DNA of 63,874 nucleotides, counting the filler, from Sphacelaria rigidula (lineage: Eukaryota), in NCBI GenBank assembly GCA_964200075.2. It is 9 parts of 9 records of this genome, joined end to end, with 100 filler letters (N's around TTAATTAATTAA, not from the genome) between each part and the next. Parts side by side here need not be neighbours in the genome. Positions count along the whole stretch, not along the records: positions 7,110 to 14,118 come from CAXNAA020016976.1; positions 14,219 to 21,226 come from CAXNAA020016977.1; positions 21,327 to 28,334 come from CAXNAA020016978.1; 6 more parts are not named here. One strand, given 5' to 3'. A model generated the notes under the pieces. The model ran no database searches, was not told where the DNA came from, and was given only the letters and a program-made list of their open reading frames with translations. The first letter of the stretch is position 1. Every line of letters begins with the position of its first letter. Positions 11,501 to 26,400 of the stretch are shown here, one piece after another. Position numbers and translations under genes: made by a program.

Positions 11501-13896
11501 GACAGTATCTAGGAGAGTGAAGTGTGAAATGAATTATGTTTGGAGCTGGGGTCGGTACAGAGAGTGGTGTGTGTGATTGGGTTTTCAGTGGTTCGTCTTG
11601 ACAGCTAATAATATTCTGCGGGAAAATTGATTGTATTATGATCGGTCAGTATGGCAGGTGTAGTCGACAACACTGTGAACAGCTCCGTCACACATCTGAT
11701 GTGCTCGAGTTGCTTTGGAAGTTTCCCAAGTTCAGTCCTTGCAATGAAGGCAACATCCCTACCTAACGCTAACAACGTCTGCACACTTGGATTCTACCAA
11801 CTCACTCCACTATCGTCCCTCGAACGCTTCTTGAGAAACCAATATGTGTTACAGCCCTGTTTGGCACATGTTGCGAGTTCACCTGTTGCTTGTGTAAGGC
11901 CCTTGCCCTGTATTGGTTGCCGACCAGGAATTGTAGCGGCCTACCGTCGTACAGGAGTTCTTTGGCTCCTCGAAAAACGACCAGACAACACAATTGCGTA
12001 TCAGCAACCAAAGACTGCAAAATGACGACCTGGTCATTTCCGGCGAACGATGCTCGAAGGGCCAAGAGCAATTCATGCCGGTATCGATCTCTACGCCAAA
12101 CAATGGAGCTCATGACGTTCCTGAATATCTAAGCTATGCTTGTCGTTTTTCCGTAACCCCTACCTCTGAGTGTTTTTCTTACCGCGTTCTCCCCCTCACG
12201 ACGTCGATCTCCCCAAGAAGATTAGGAGCAGTGCGAATAGGGAACATTTTCAGCATCTAAATCACTCTGTTGATGCCCCCCTTTAAATTCATCTTGTGTC
12301 GAAATGTCTTGCTTGTTTCTTTCGCCAGCCTGCCCGATGTTAGAGCAGACCAAACACGCAACAAAATCGATGACCCCCCTCCCCCCATCTCCATCCCCGT
12401 CCTTGTTTCCGCCCCTCCTCACCTGCCACGCAGCAAGCGACGGAGGCGTCATCATCGTCAAATCCACAGCAACAGCATGCAACTGCTGGTCTTGTTAGTG
12501 CTACCGATGTCATCCCCGAAGAGGTATCGCACAGCAAAAACATGAATCTAGACGAAGATTCCGCTGAGGCGGCCATGGAACGGAGCTCAACCCCCAGAGC
12601 CCGATCTGCAGACCAAAAAGCAGCACCGGGAATATCTGGATCGGCGGAGGGCAGAAGTTCGCGTGGAAGCGGTGGGGGCGGAGCAGACGTACGGCAACAC
12701 CCGATGGGCGTGGTCTGCACGTGCGTGAGGACTGGTTGGAGCCTCATGTCTTCTCTCTTTTGCATTGGGGAAGAGGTGTGTTTGTTGGTGGAGGTCCAGC
12801 CAAGCGAAGTCGTGGGGAAACGAAGGAAAAATAAGTGAAGGAGACTGAGGAACCGAATCCGAGGGCATCTTCATTCGTTCAGCGGCTTGTCAACCTCGCC
12901 TCTCCGCGCAATTTCCGCGTGGGTTTCCTAGCATGATCACACAGCTTGCCAGTTGACTGAGATTTTTCGAGAGGAAACGCTGTCTATGATATACAACTGT
13001 GTGTGCTTCATAATACGGCCACAGCCGTAAGGTCAAGGACTACTTTACAAGAATGGCCTCCGCAGGAATCAGTCTCTCTTTGACACTTCCGTGTTCGTAG
13101 CCTTGTGCTTCACTCGATCAGGTTATAGCCTTGGGGAGGATGTAATATTACATACTTCGTATGTGTTTTCTCAAGAGATACGTACCTGACATCTCGTTGT
13201 CGCAGATTGGATGAACACTCCCCCACCGCATGGGCTCTCGCCAATGAATGTTCCGGTGCTAACCACGTCCTTCCGTTGTCAAGTACGGAAATAACATACT
13301 CCTCGGAAGAAAAATATGTCTGTATCTTTCGTGGTTGGAACCCTCAACCGCGTCCTAATCGACTTTGAGATAATCGGTTCGATCACCGTGGTGCAGCGGT
13401 GCATGGCACCGCCAGTTGTGCATGTCACAGAACCTCAAAATTAGTTTTCACGCTCCCAGATGTAAAATATAAAATCCTGAGTTGCATATAATATACTGTC
13501 TTTGCGCGCTGCCACCGGAGTCTTGAAAGCTTCCCCACGCCTCCGCCGCGGGAGTGAGCTAGTCACGTACGTCGCAGAGTGCTCGCTCGATACGACTTGA
13601 TGCCTTTCGGCGCCATATTGGCCAAGGTGGACGAAGCTGGCAGCAGTAAAAGTTCCACCATATGTGTATGTATATATACATTTCAGGCCGTACTTGATGT
13701 CTGTACGTGGAGAGTTGTTTTATTTCAAATGATGCCCGCATGGACACGAACGTGCGCTCGGCAACATTAGTAAGCGGAAAGCAGAACTATCATCAGGATG
13801 AGCTCGGGAAGTTGGAGCTGTGGTGATGAGCTCGTTGATTGTACAAACCCGGGCAGCTCGTGGTGGTTGGCATTGGAAGAGACAGTGTGCTCGGAG
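8513..13896 (+). CDS. Unknown multi-exon protein-coding gene (partial)
   Basis: Phase-compatible GT-AG exons: 8513-8715 (CLDEIQQQYDALMAEGILP...), 9778-9994 (...RLRLLLLHGNSAAASLLLQ) and 10289-10414 (...DDIMLEFLREADKLYTR). Weaker candidate exons lie near 12005-12079, 12536-12690, 13578-13645 and 13797-13896. No family recognised. Confidence 0.5.
8866..9124. mobile_element. MITE (CACGG.TCGGACGAAT TIR family)
   Basis: TIRs cacgggtcggacgaat...attcgtccgaaccgtg. Homologous over its length to 16839-17103. No clear TSD. Confidence 0.8.
11030..11158 (+). mobile_element. Short retroposon 3' end, family B, with C-rich tail
   Basis: tggtccggcggaaacccagtgtgctccg...gatgcgaagtcaatggtcatttgactatggtatgcatgatcatgagtaa followed by ccctccccccctccccccc. 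Confidence 0.7.
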
Positions 13897-14118
13897 GTGA
13901 CTTTGCTATGGTTGAAGTGCGCAGGATCACGCTTCGAGTTTGGCACCTTGAACTTACGCTCTAACCCCAATTTTCATGTTCCACGATAGGGAATACCTGG
14001 TGGTTGTATCAACTATACCCCAACCCGTAGATCAATCACCCAAATGAGTACCTTCCCCCCCCCCCCTACTCCGTCCCGGCTTTGTAGGGGCGGACCCCCG
14101 ATGGGGTTGACGTCGGTT

Positions 14119-14218
14119 NNNNNNNNNNNNNNNNNNNNNNNNNNNNNNNNNNNNNNNNNNNNTTAATTAATTAANNNNNNNNNNNNNNNNNNNNNNNNNN
14201 NNNNNNNNNNNNNNNNNN
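14119..14218. other. Artificial scaffold linker
   Basis: N-TTAATTAATTAA-N spacer. Confidence 0.98.
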
Positions 14219-14232
14219 CTGCGGGCTGTTTG

Positions 14233-14327
14233 GGTTATGGGTATGGGTAGTATGCTCCTTGCACTCTGTGACCATGGGTTCGAGAGATGGAGCTAATGTG
14301 ACGGATAAAATTATAATAATATAATAT
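14233..14327 (+). repeat. Interspersed repeat, probable LINE/SINE 3' end with (TAA)n-like tail
   Basis: Copy of 7836-7925 ending in aaattataataatataata. Confidence 0.65.
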
Positions 14328-15385
14328 TGTCATAATCTAGGGTGTGCACAGGTCTCCCTCCCAAGTGCAGTAGAGTTTACCGGCGTTGGGCTGCAAATGT
14401 TCATGGTTGATATCACTTGATTTGAGTCTGAACAACGAGAATCGGAATTTTTGTGGGGGACTGACAGTCCCATGCGCTCCTCGCGTGCGTGGAACGCGTT
14501 TTGGTAGAAATCGGCGCCTCAGGCGCCGATTTGGGGTCTACCAAGACCGCACTTTGCCTATGGAATGTACAATATGCACGACCCTACCCGAGAGTTCTCG
14601 GTATGCATTGGGTTGGGGTTAGGGTTAGGGGTAGTTATAATTTGGCCCCTACCGTAACTTAAGCCGTTTCAACGCTTGAGCAGGGTCACCGCGGGGTATA
14701 AAATGAAGCGCAGGCTGCTTTTTGTTTCCTCCCTTGAAGAAGGGAGGAAACCTAACCCAACACTTACCCCGAAAGTGGGTTCGGGTGCCGAATACCCGGA
14801 GGCCCGGAGGCTCGGATAGACCGCCTCACGGCAGTCATGTGGGGTAAGCGCCTCGAGCGGTCGCAGGCTTTACTCATGGCAGTGGGGAGGGGGTTCGACC
14901 CACTATACCCTCCATCAACTTGCCGCAGTGCACGCGCAGGCCTACTCCTATGAGCCTCGGCCCTGGAAGCGCGGGCCGTATGCATGACACCGATGTAGCG
15001 GTAGGAACTAACATCCATCATCGTTGGTTTCGCTGCTTCGATCCTTTGTCGTGTGAGCTGAACGCGTACCGCACAACCCCGCCCCTACAGGGTAAATACA
15101 GGATAGGGAGTTGGGATATAGAGCAGTGTAATGAACCCAACCCCTCCTTCCCTCTCTCGTGAAGGGTATATTTGTCCAGTCAATCCGTCTCCTTGACATT
15201 CAAGGTTATTCGACGCCTGAGCATTATTAACCTTACCGCGCTCATACTCTTTCCGTGCTGAAAAACATTATGTTCGGCTGCATCGTCTCTGAATATATGA
15301 ACCAACACCATGCCTGCCATGCACTTATTTCACTACGCACGCCGAATTTCTACGTGTTGTGTTACATCACTCCCCCCCTGGCCAC

Positions 15386-15650
15386 ACCGTCTCGAAAGGG
15401 ATGCGTGATCAATTGTCGAACGACTAAGTCAAGCAACAGATGAGTACCCTCCTCCCGGCCACAGACGGCGAAACGGGAAGGTATGTGTAGAGGTTTTCTA
15501 TGTATGGGAGAAACGTGATGAGCGCCCAAATGTTGGAGTTGTCTCTATTAGAGGAGGAACTATGCTCCGTCTCGAAAGGGATGCATGGTCAATGGTCGAA
15601 GGACTGAGGCAAACAACAAATGAGTACGCCCCCCACCCAGCCCCCGCCCT
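15386..15650 (+). mobile_element. Two tandem 5'-truncated LINE 3' ends, family A (C-rich tails)
   Basis: Both copies match the end of the 36020-37115 LINE (ccgtctcgaaagggatgc...caa.caaca.atgagtac followed by a C run). The second copy begins directly after the first copy's C-tail. Confidence 0.8.
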
Positions 15651-16268
15651 GTTTTACACTCGTTTACTCTAAGGATTTTGCGGTATTGACTGCAGGAGAG
15701 TTTGTTCACAAAAATCGAGTCACTGGAAAATAACCATGTCTTAGTTATGGGGTTGGGGAAAATATTTTTGTCCTGCCAGTCGTAGCGTAAGTCTCCCACT
15801 CGCTACAGGGTAGCGGGTCGGGTCCGTTCGAGAGCATGTACAACGAAGCAGGGTCAACATCCATATCACAAAAGCTCGCAAGGAATGGCAGTCGATGTAA
15901 GTCACACTTTTTGCACGGGTTATTCAAGAAGCCGACGATTGATGTCTGTGATTCTGCGGCATTGCTGGACTTTGAAACCAGAGTAACACTGAGCAGATTT
16001 GCTTTTTGACGGAATGTTTTCCCCTTTCCTCTCCCCCCTCGTCGAGCTCAAACCACGAGCGATGGCTTGACACTGAACCGCGCTTGGGGGATAGATAGTA
16101 CATGTTCCAGAGGGAACGAAATGCGCGTAGTACACCAAACCTCTCGTCATCATCCACTTTACACCTTTTTTTTTCTTCTTGTTTTTCCGTTTATGAACAT
16201 CACCGCCAACAACGATGGGGTTGACCTTGGCGGGGCCACCGGACCGCACCGGACCGGACCACGGGTGA

Positions 16269-18852
<2,584 letters not shown>

Positions 18853-19400
18853 GTATTTACGAGTTGTGCGGGTCTGTGTGTGTGCGTTTGCATGTCATGT
18901 TTCTTTTTCTTTTTCTTTCCGACGCGATGAAAGTTGACGGGCTGTAGGAGTGCTGGTCCAATGCTCCCAAACATACACACGTGGGACAGATCATGATCCG
19001 TCTGAAATGCAATAAGTAGTGCAATGAAAAAATAGGAGGCTTCTCCGATCCGTTGGTCCAAAAACATGAGATATGGAAACATATGACCGCGGAGTCAGAA
19101 AAGCCGAAGCGTAACGTTTGTGCTACTCGGCGTGCTCGGCGTCCGGCGCTGCAGGGATCCAACATGGGGAAAGGGCGACCAAGTGATGTGGATCATGATC
19201 CGGATCAGTATACTAAGAGGAAGTCATTCACGGACAGATCATGATCTATCCGCCTTGTGAAAACATACTGGTAGTAAAATAGTGCTGGGCACGTGAGGGT
19301 CGAGAGATTGGACAAATCTCTCCAGACGACAGGCCCGTTCCGAGGAAACGCGGGTCTCGGGTGAAATTGTGAATGGAGACGAAGAAACACTAAAAACATG

Positions 19401-19626
19401 CAGGGTTGTGTTCTGTAGGGTATACTGGAACGTGGGGGCTTTTCGGCTGGCATGCTAAACCGTACCGAAACGTGTGTCGAACATGCAAGGATGGTCTGGC
19501 AAGGTATCGGGCCCTGTTGCGAGCACTCTGGCATGATCCGGAAGGGCATTTTCCGACAAAAGACCTCTTGTATCCTTCTGTGAATACCCGAAATTCAGCC
19601 GTCATGCCCTACAGAACTCAACCGTG
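19401..19626. mobile_element. hAT-type MITE (CAGGGTTGTGTTCTG TIR family)
   Basis: TIRs cagggttgtgttctgtaggg...ccctacagaactcaaccgtg, with a perfect 8-bp TSD aaaacatg. Internally homologous to 3833-4060. Confidence 0.9.
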
Positions 19627-20315
19627 AAAACATGCGCTGAAGGGTCGTGCACTCCAAGCTCCGTCGTCTACCCGAGTGTCGTATGGTCTGCTCATCCTGA
19701 TGATACGTACCCGTTCTCTTGTTGGGAGGGGGGGGGTATTGATACTATAAATAGCGAGATATGCTCAGCATTCGTATGCGGTTCGGTCTTTGTCGAGTAC
19801 CGCTCGTGTTGTTAAAATTAAAAAAAACATGGCGAACCTATGTCTTGTGACCGCGGGTTCGAGAGACCGCGGTAATTAATGCGCGAGAAAATAATATTTA
19901 TGAAATAATGGGAGTGGGGAAGGCAAACGAGCAAAAGCTTCGTGCTTTTGTCCCGAGGGTAAGTATTGTTGCTGTTGGACTCATGGAATGGCGTACATGA
20001 CTATGAAATCGAAAGAATTCACACCCTGGACGAAATATGGTCATAAGATGCAATAGACGAGAAGAAAACTGGATAAAGTACAGGCCTGCTATTGCAACTA
20101 TTGTCGGCCGTTAATAGTTACAAAAGGCTTATTATTTATTCAGTACACTTCTTGTCTGTTGCATCTATTGAGCATCTATCTATTGTCATTGTCCAGTGTG
20201 TGAAATATTATCATGAAATGAGAATCCAAAACTGCAAGCATCAAAGTTTTTCTCCTCTCGTATATTATTCCCCACGCCCCAACTATGTTTTTTGTCGCCC
20301 GAGACGTTACGATTA

Positions 20316-20499
20316 GGGCCTGTCTTAGCGCATTAGTTTTCAATCGAAATTGTGCGGTGGGGAGCAAAATCCCGATCTGATAGATCGTAATTTCAACCAT
20401 CGTCGTTTTGAAGACGGTTGAAATCATGACCTTTCCGATCGGGATTTTTGCTTTCCACCGCACAAATCCGATCGAAAAATAGTGTACTAAGACAGGCCC
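20316..20499. mobile_element. PIF/Harbinger (Tourist)-like MITE
   Basis: Perfect TIRs gggcctgtcttag...ctaagacaggccc, flanked by tta/ttt (decayed 3-bp TWA TSD). Confidence 0.7.
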
Positions 20500-21226
20500 T
20501 TTGTAGAAGAATACGGAACAAGAAATCGGAACGGTTGAAGGACATCCAACCGTGGATATGATGAGGAGAACAAATATGTGTGCGTGTTGTTTCAAGAGTA
20601 CTTGGGTGTCACGCGTATCGCGCGCGGTACGGAGGAGGATCGAAACACGTCCACGACGGGCAATAGCCGGCCATGTGCTGGGCGTACTGCTGGGCGTGCT
20701 CTCGTACACTGAGCAAAGTTGCTGCTGCTTGCCCCCCTGGCGGATGTCGCATGGCGATATCTACCGGCGGCGTCTAACCAATTACGGTCAACGAAGCAGA
20801 GTGATCTTGGAAACATTATCATCATTGGTATCTAATATTTCCGCAAATGAGCCCGATATTTTCGAACCTGTGGTCACAGACGAAGGGCTGTTTTTGTAGT
20901 ACCGTCACTATAGTTACTGCTGTTCCTTACATGTATGTAGGGTATATCCACCCGCCTCGTGGTGATCGATGCAACAAAATAGAACGGGGTGAAAATAGAA
21001 GAGTATCGAAAGAGTAATGAGGAGAAGAAGTTCAGTACCGACCCGTGAGGATCTTCCACACCTTGTAGACGAACACAGCATCATGATGCCGTCTGTTGCT
21101 GTAATATATGTATGTGTATGCGAAGTGAGTCTTCCTCGAACCGCGATGCGGGCACCCGACCGAGACCCGCCCCCCCGTCGCCGCCCCAGCGCCGCGATAT
21201 TTCGCCACGCCGACTCACGCGCTCGC

Positions 21227-21326
21227 NNNNNNNNNNNNNNNNNNNNNNNNNNNNNNNNNNNNNNNNNNNNTTAATTAATTAANNNNNNNNNNNNNNNNNN
21301 NNNNNNNNNNNNNNNNNNNNNNNNNN
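21227..21326. other. Artificial scaffold linker
   Basis: N-TTAATTAATTAA-N spacer. Confidence 0.98.
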
Positions 21327-21340
21327 AATGTACCGCGCAG

Positions 21341-21393
21341 ATATCGGAACGGTTGTTAATGTGAAGACAACACAACAACAACAACAACAACAA
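21341..21393 (+). repeat. Probable retroposon 3' end with (CAA)n tail
   Basis: atatcggaacggttgttaatgtgaagac followed by (CAA)n. Reverse copy at 35364-35442. Both lie at scaffold ends. Confidence 0.6.
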
Positions 21394-23493
21394 CACACCT
21401 TGGCGCTCAAGGGGTTAAAGCCACCGCTGGAAGCTGCTAGCTCGACGACGTTAGGGCCAGCAGAGACAGTCCCACGCTTGACGCCCGTCAGAATTGCCGT
21501 CAATTATTCGTCGTACTCGTCCGTTACGGCATAGCAATATAATGATACTTCGAGTATATCGACGTCATTCGTAGTCTGGACATCCAAATTTCTCACCGAT
21601 CACGCCCGCGCAATAAAGCAGCAGCAAGATTACAGAGGATCAAATACCCTGTAGCTCGGAAAGACGACCCTGCTGCGTCTTGCTGCTGCAATTCATGTAC
21701 TGTATTTCATTGTTCATAAATGCTCGCATTGCTTGGATGATGACGAGTTATAAACAACATATATTATCGTAGAGGCGACTCATATTCTCTGTCAGCCCCG
21801 ATGGACGATGATATTTCCAGTTACCCCTTTGACGAAATTATACTAAACGAAAATAGAAATATCTCACCATCGGCTTTTTTCATGATATACCATATATATC
21901 ATATATATATATATATATATCGAGGTAACGCTATCTCTCAGTTCGGCACCACATCCCTGCCCGACACAATAAAAAACAATGAAATGTTCATATAATTCGA
22001 CGACGTAGGATATGTGTTGTGATAAATTTTCTCTCCAAACTGAACGGCGAAGGTTTTTTTCCTTTCAACTGTGAACGCTGATGTGTAGTTTTTCCGCGAA
22101 ATCACTGCCCTGATAATTCTGACACCATCATGTATCAGGTAGTAGCTGAATGGGTCTATCTCTGGCTCCTCAAATACTACTACTACTCGTAAGTTGAATG
22201 CGGCCATATCAGACGTGAGAGAAAAACACATCGTGCTCCTCTATACTGAATAAAAGCGAGAAACGTACCAGGAAAATCTTAACACCTCGTCCGTGCGATG
22301 TTACAGGTCAACTTCAGACTATCGTTCAATTGGCGGTTTATTCCCACCTTGATATGTTTCTACTCTCGGCCAGCGGCTTACGGTGGAAGGTTTCGTATAG
22401 AGAGTAAAAAAACAGTAAACGACCTTACTCCGTATACTGAAGGAAGAAAGGTACTGTTAGTGTTCACTTGACAAACTTACAAATCAAAACGATCCAGAGC
22501 AGAACATTAACTAGTGTCTCACATTTTTCGGGGGCGGCGATAGAACCGTAAGACTAATGCCGAGATAGCCCCCCCCACAAAAAGTGCACCGGGGACCGTC
22601 CGACAAACCGGCTGCGATCGCACTATTGGGCTCATTTGCAGCAATTTCGCCCACATGAGAGGCGTGTAGCAGTCCGAAATCAGCTTGAACGCCCAAATGA
22701 GTCGCGTCGTGCAGCACGAGACCAGCTCTAACGGTATTTATGATCATTGCCTCCGTGCACTTTTTTCGCCGGTTTGGGGGGGGCTATCTCGGCAGAAGTC
22801 GTAACCGCGTCAGTCATAGTATCAATTGTTCTCGGATATATCATTAAACAACGAACCAGGGACGACTAGATCAGACGTGGGCTAAATGGCGGTCGAGTAT
22901 GGTATAGGTGGGACCCCACTTCGGTGCGATCCCTAGTGGTGCGCCCTTCCGCCATAGCGCGGTCGAAATGGCCTATTACGAGCCGAAGTGGAGGATATTT
23001 CCAAGTAACTGTGCTGTATATCGTTCAAGTATGGGATCCCATCGCCATGCAGTCGCGCCCGGCTGGAAATTAAAGCAACGCACTGTGATGGGGTTCTCGT
23101 TGCAACGGTGACCGATTTTTTGTGAATCCATCGCGTTCTTACTCCCGATTACACGCTGAAGTGTCTGAATGTATCCTTCGATGCATCCGTCCTCATCTCA
23201 TACCGCCCCTACCCTCGGCATCAGGCCCGCATCCTCATGGTCATCATCAAGAGCAACAGTATTCGTCCACCTGACATAAACTCCGCAACCTGACATTCTG
23301 GCAGCGAAACCAAACGTGACATTCTGAGCTTTTGTGCCAGACAGATGTCATTGGGGGAACAGCAAGTAAGCGACCCATCACCTTAAATAACAAAAAAGTG
23401 GAGAAATGATTCGGTGAACAGAACATCTTGCATCTCTCGGATAAAAAATGGAACAGAGAGAGGGGAGGGGGGGGGGGGGGGCAAGAGAACAAG

Positions 23494-26400
23494 TCATAGT
23501 GAAGGGTCAATAAGCATCCTTCGATAGCCCTCGTACATCACCCTTCCCTCGGCATCAGGTCGACACTCCCTCAGCATCTCATCCGCCTCTTCGTCGGTCA
23601 AGATGTCTCCCTCCTGCGTCAGAATTTTCTGCAGCTCTGCCCGATTTATGTAAGGTCGGGCTGCAGCCCACTCTCCCTGTTTGTACATTATTTTTCTTCC
23701 TTTCATGTTTACGAAGATACGCGCCGGGGGGGACGGAACGTTTGGTGGGCAATTTAGTGTCGCGTTCGTGGGCGGGGAGGGTTACAGGATGTGATAAGCA
23801 CTGTGATAAGTGGATGCGTGCCGCTGCTATGTGCAGGTCGATATAACACTCTGATGCATACCCAGCGTTCTAGAAACGTGTGCGGGTCGACATGTGTATC
23901 TGAGAGTGAAAAAATAAGAAAAAAACTATTTACGATTGCCATCTGAGACCGCAGAACAGAAACAGGATTGGACAGGTACTCTGCACTATAGGGATTGATC
24001 CGGGCGTAAGAACCATAATAGCAAGAAGCTCAGGCCGAACGTTTCAGGGATATAGACGTTACACACGTGACACATTTGAAAAAAAACAGAAAAAAAAACG
24101 TAACTTTGGGCCATTCAACGCTACGTAAGGTTGGATTTCTTGGCAAATGTAACGTAACGGGATGTAACGTGTGGACCTTGAAGTAGTGTCTCTTGGAATT
24201 TTCCAGGTGTATAAAAAGGCTGTTTTTGTGAATTTTGAACGGGACACGTGACACGTGACAAATTCACGAAAACAAGCAGAGTTATTGTCACATTCGGCTA
24301 TGTTAGGGTTCATTCGAAGAACCATACGTTACATAACGTTACATAACGTTACGTTACATTTGTCCTATCCAAAAAAAAAACTTACGCAGCGTTAAATGAC
24401 CCGAAGCTACGTTGTTTCGAATGTGTCACGTTAAAGGGTCACGTGTAACGTGTATACCCCTGGAACTTTTCGTGTTCGGTGCAAAGTCAGGCCTACAGAA
24501 TCGGGCTCGTTTACTGGCGCCATACTATTTCCCACAAAAAGTGTAGAAGATTATCATATTTTGGGCATGACCAAGATCTATGGGTCGGGCCAGGTCCCTG
24601 GCATTGTTCCTTACACGCGGGTGCAGATCTACACCCAGCACAGAATACATTCGAAAATGTTTTTCGGGAGGGTGAAGATGAGCGACTTGTTGAGTACTTC
24701 GATGAACCGTCTAAGGATGGGAAGGGGGGAAGGGAGGAAGGGGGAAAGGCTAGCTGACGGTTCGTGTGATCCGACTGCCAAACGAAACATTCCGCACGAG
24801 CGCTGTATAGTGTACTTTACGTTGCAACCGAAAGGTACACAGTATCGTACCCGTGCGATTGACCTGTCACTATCTGGTCACATACAGCGCAGCACTCCGT
24901 ATGTTCAATCGTCGTTCGGCTCATTACCCAAATGACTTGGTTGACTGTGCAGGTATTCTTGAGGTCACGATGCTCAGTCCACTTCATCGTGGGTTTATAC
25001 AGGCGGCATGGGGAGAAGGGAGGCAGTCAGGCATCAGTACTGGGCGCGGAGTTCGAGCGTTATCTATTTCGATCCCCACCCGTTCCATGGTGGAGATCAT
25101 CCCAGGCTTGTTGGATGTCACGTTCCAGGAGCTCTCCCTGGATCTTAGCTAGGTAGTATCGCTTGAACACCTGTACAAAGGTAAGAGCACGCGTTGAACA
25201 CAAGCATGTTTAATCTGTGCGTATTAGCATCGACGCCATCAGCACGCCGACACTGGCTGATTCACTAATGGATCCATTGGTTGATCGTCGCATAGGCTGT
25301 GTGCACGAAATCAATCCACCTCAAAGCCGGGAATTGAACACCTGTCGTTCGTGTTTATGTGAGATGCGTTACTCCGGAATTCTTAGGTGACACTCCCGCG
25401 TGTCACTGCGGCCTGAAAGGACGCATAACAGAGTTTGTGAACAGGAACAACATTTGGCGTCGAAAGTGCAGCGCTAATCCATCCTCGCAATCCGCGGAGG
25501 ATGACTCCACGCGGATGCGACGGTGGACTTACTAGTGGTTGTATAGCCGGTGTGATAGAAAACACCAACAATGGCACGTCCAAGACTTTTCGTGGGGAGG
25601 TGCTTCATGTGCAGAGGATCGAATCTTCAGTGTGTTTTTTTAGTTGAATGCATGAAAAGTTCCATCTCCTCAGGTCGAGCCGTCCGCACTCTCTGGAAAT
25701 CACATGACACTTTATACGACAGCACCCAACCCCAAACTAGCCCAAAAAGGTTGCGAAGAAAATGATTATACAGCGCCTGGTGTTAGTTTCAGGCTGCATG
25801 AAGCGCCTCATACGAGCGACATCGGCGAAAACGAACCCAAGCGTGGGAATTCCCAGCCGCTCGTTGTGCTCGACTTTTTTCATTTCGATTCACGTTTAGA
25901 TTTTGCCTCCCTAAAACAGCCACTTTTGGGGGGGAGGGGCTGTCATAGAAAGTGTCGCATGAGCACATATTTATATGCCAGGGTCCGAGCTGTCTATGCG
26001 CTCTTGCCTTGTAGGTGAAACCTCGAACCACTCCTTTGGGATCTTTAGCGCCTCTCCACGGACGAGCGCCGTCTGTCTCGACGAGCCCGTTGCTGCGCAC
26101 CACCTGAAAGTGGAAGAAACGAAAACACCGTGGAAGAGACGCAGAAGATGTATACCCTCCTCGCCAAGATCGTGAAATAATCATGCGCTCATTCAAGGAG
26201 AACATTGATGAAGCCTGCGCTGTATCCCGACATCGTGCACCCTGTAACACGACCACACGCAGTGACCGCCGGGAACCGGTACTTTCTCCTCGTCAACAAC
26301 CACTGTCCCATGAACCGCATTTCAAACCGGGTTACCCGGTAGCATCGTCCGAAACACCAAACCAAGTGGATATTCCGCAAGGAGCGCTGACGAACAGGAT

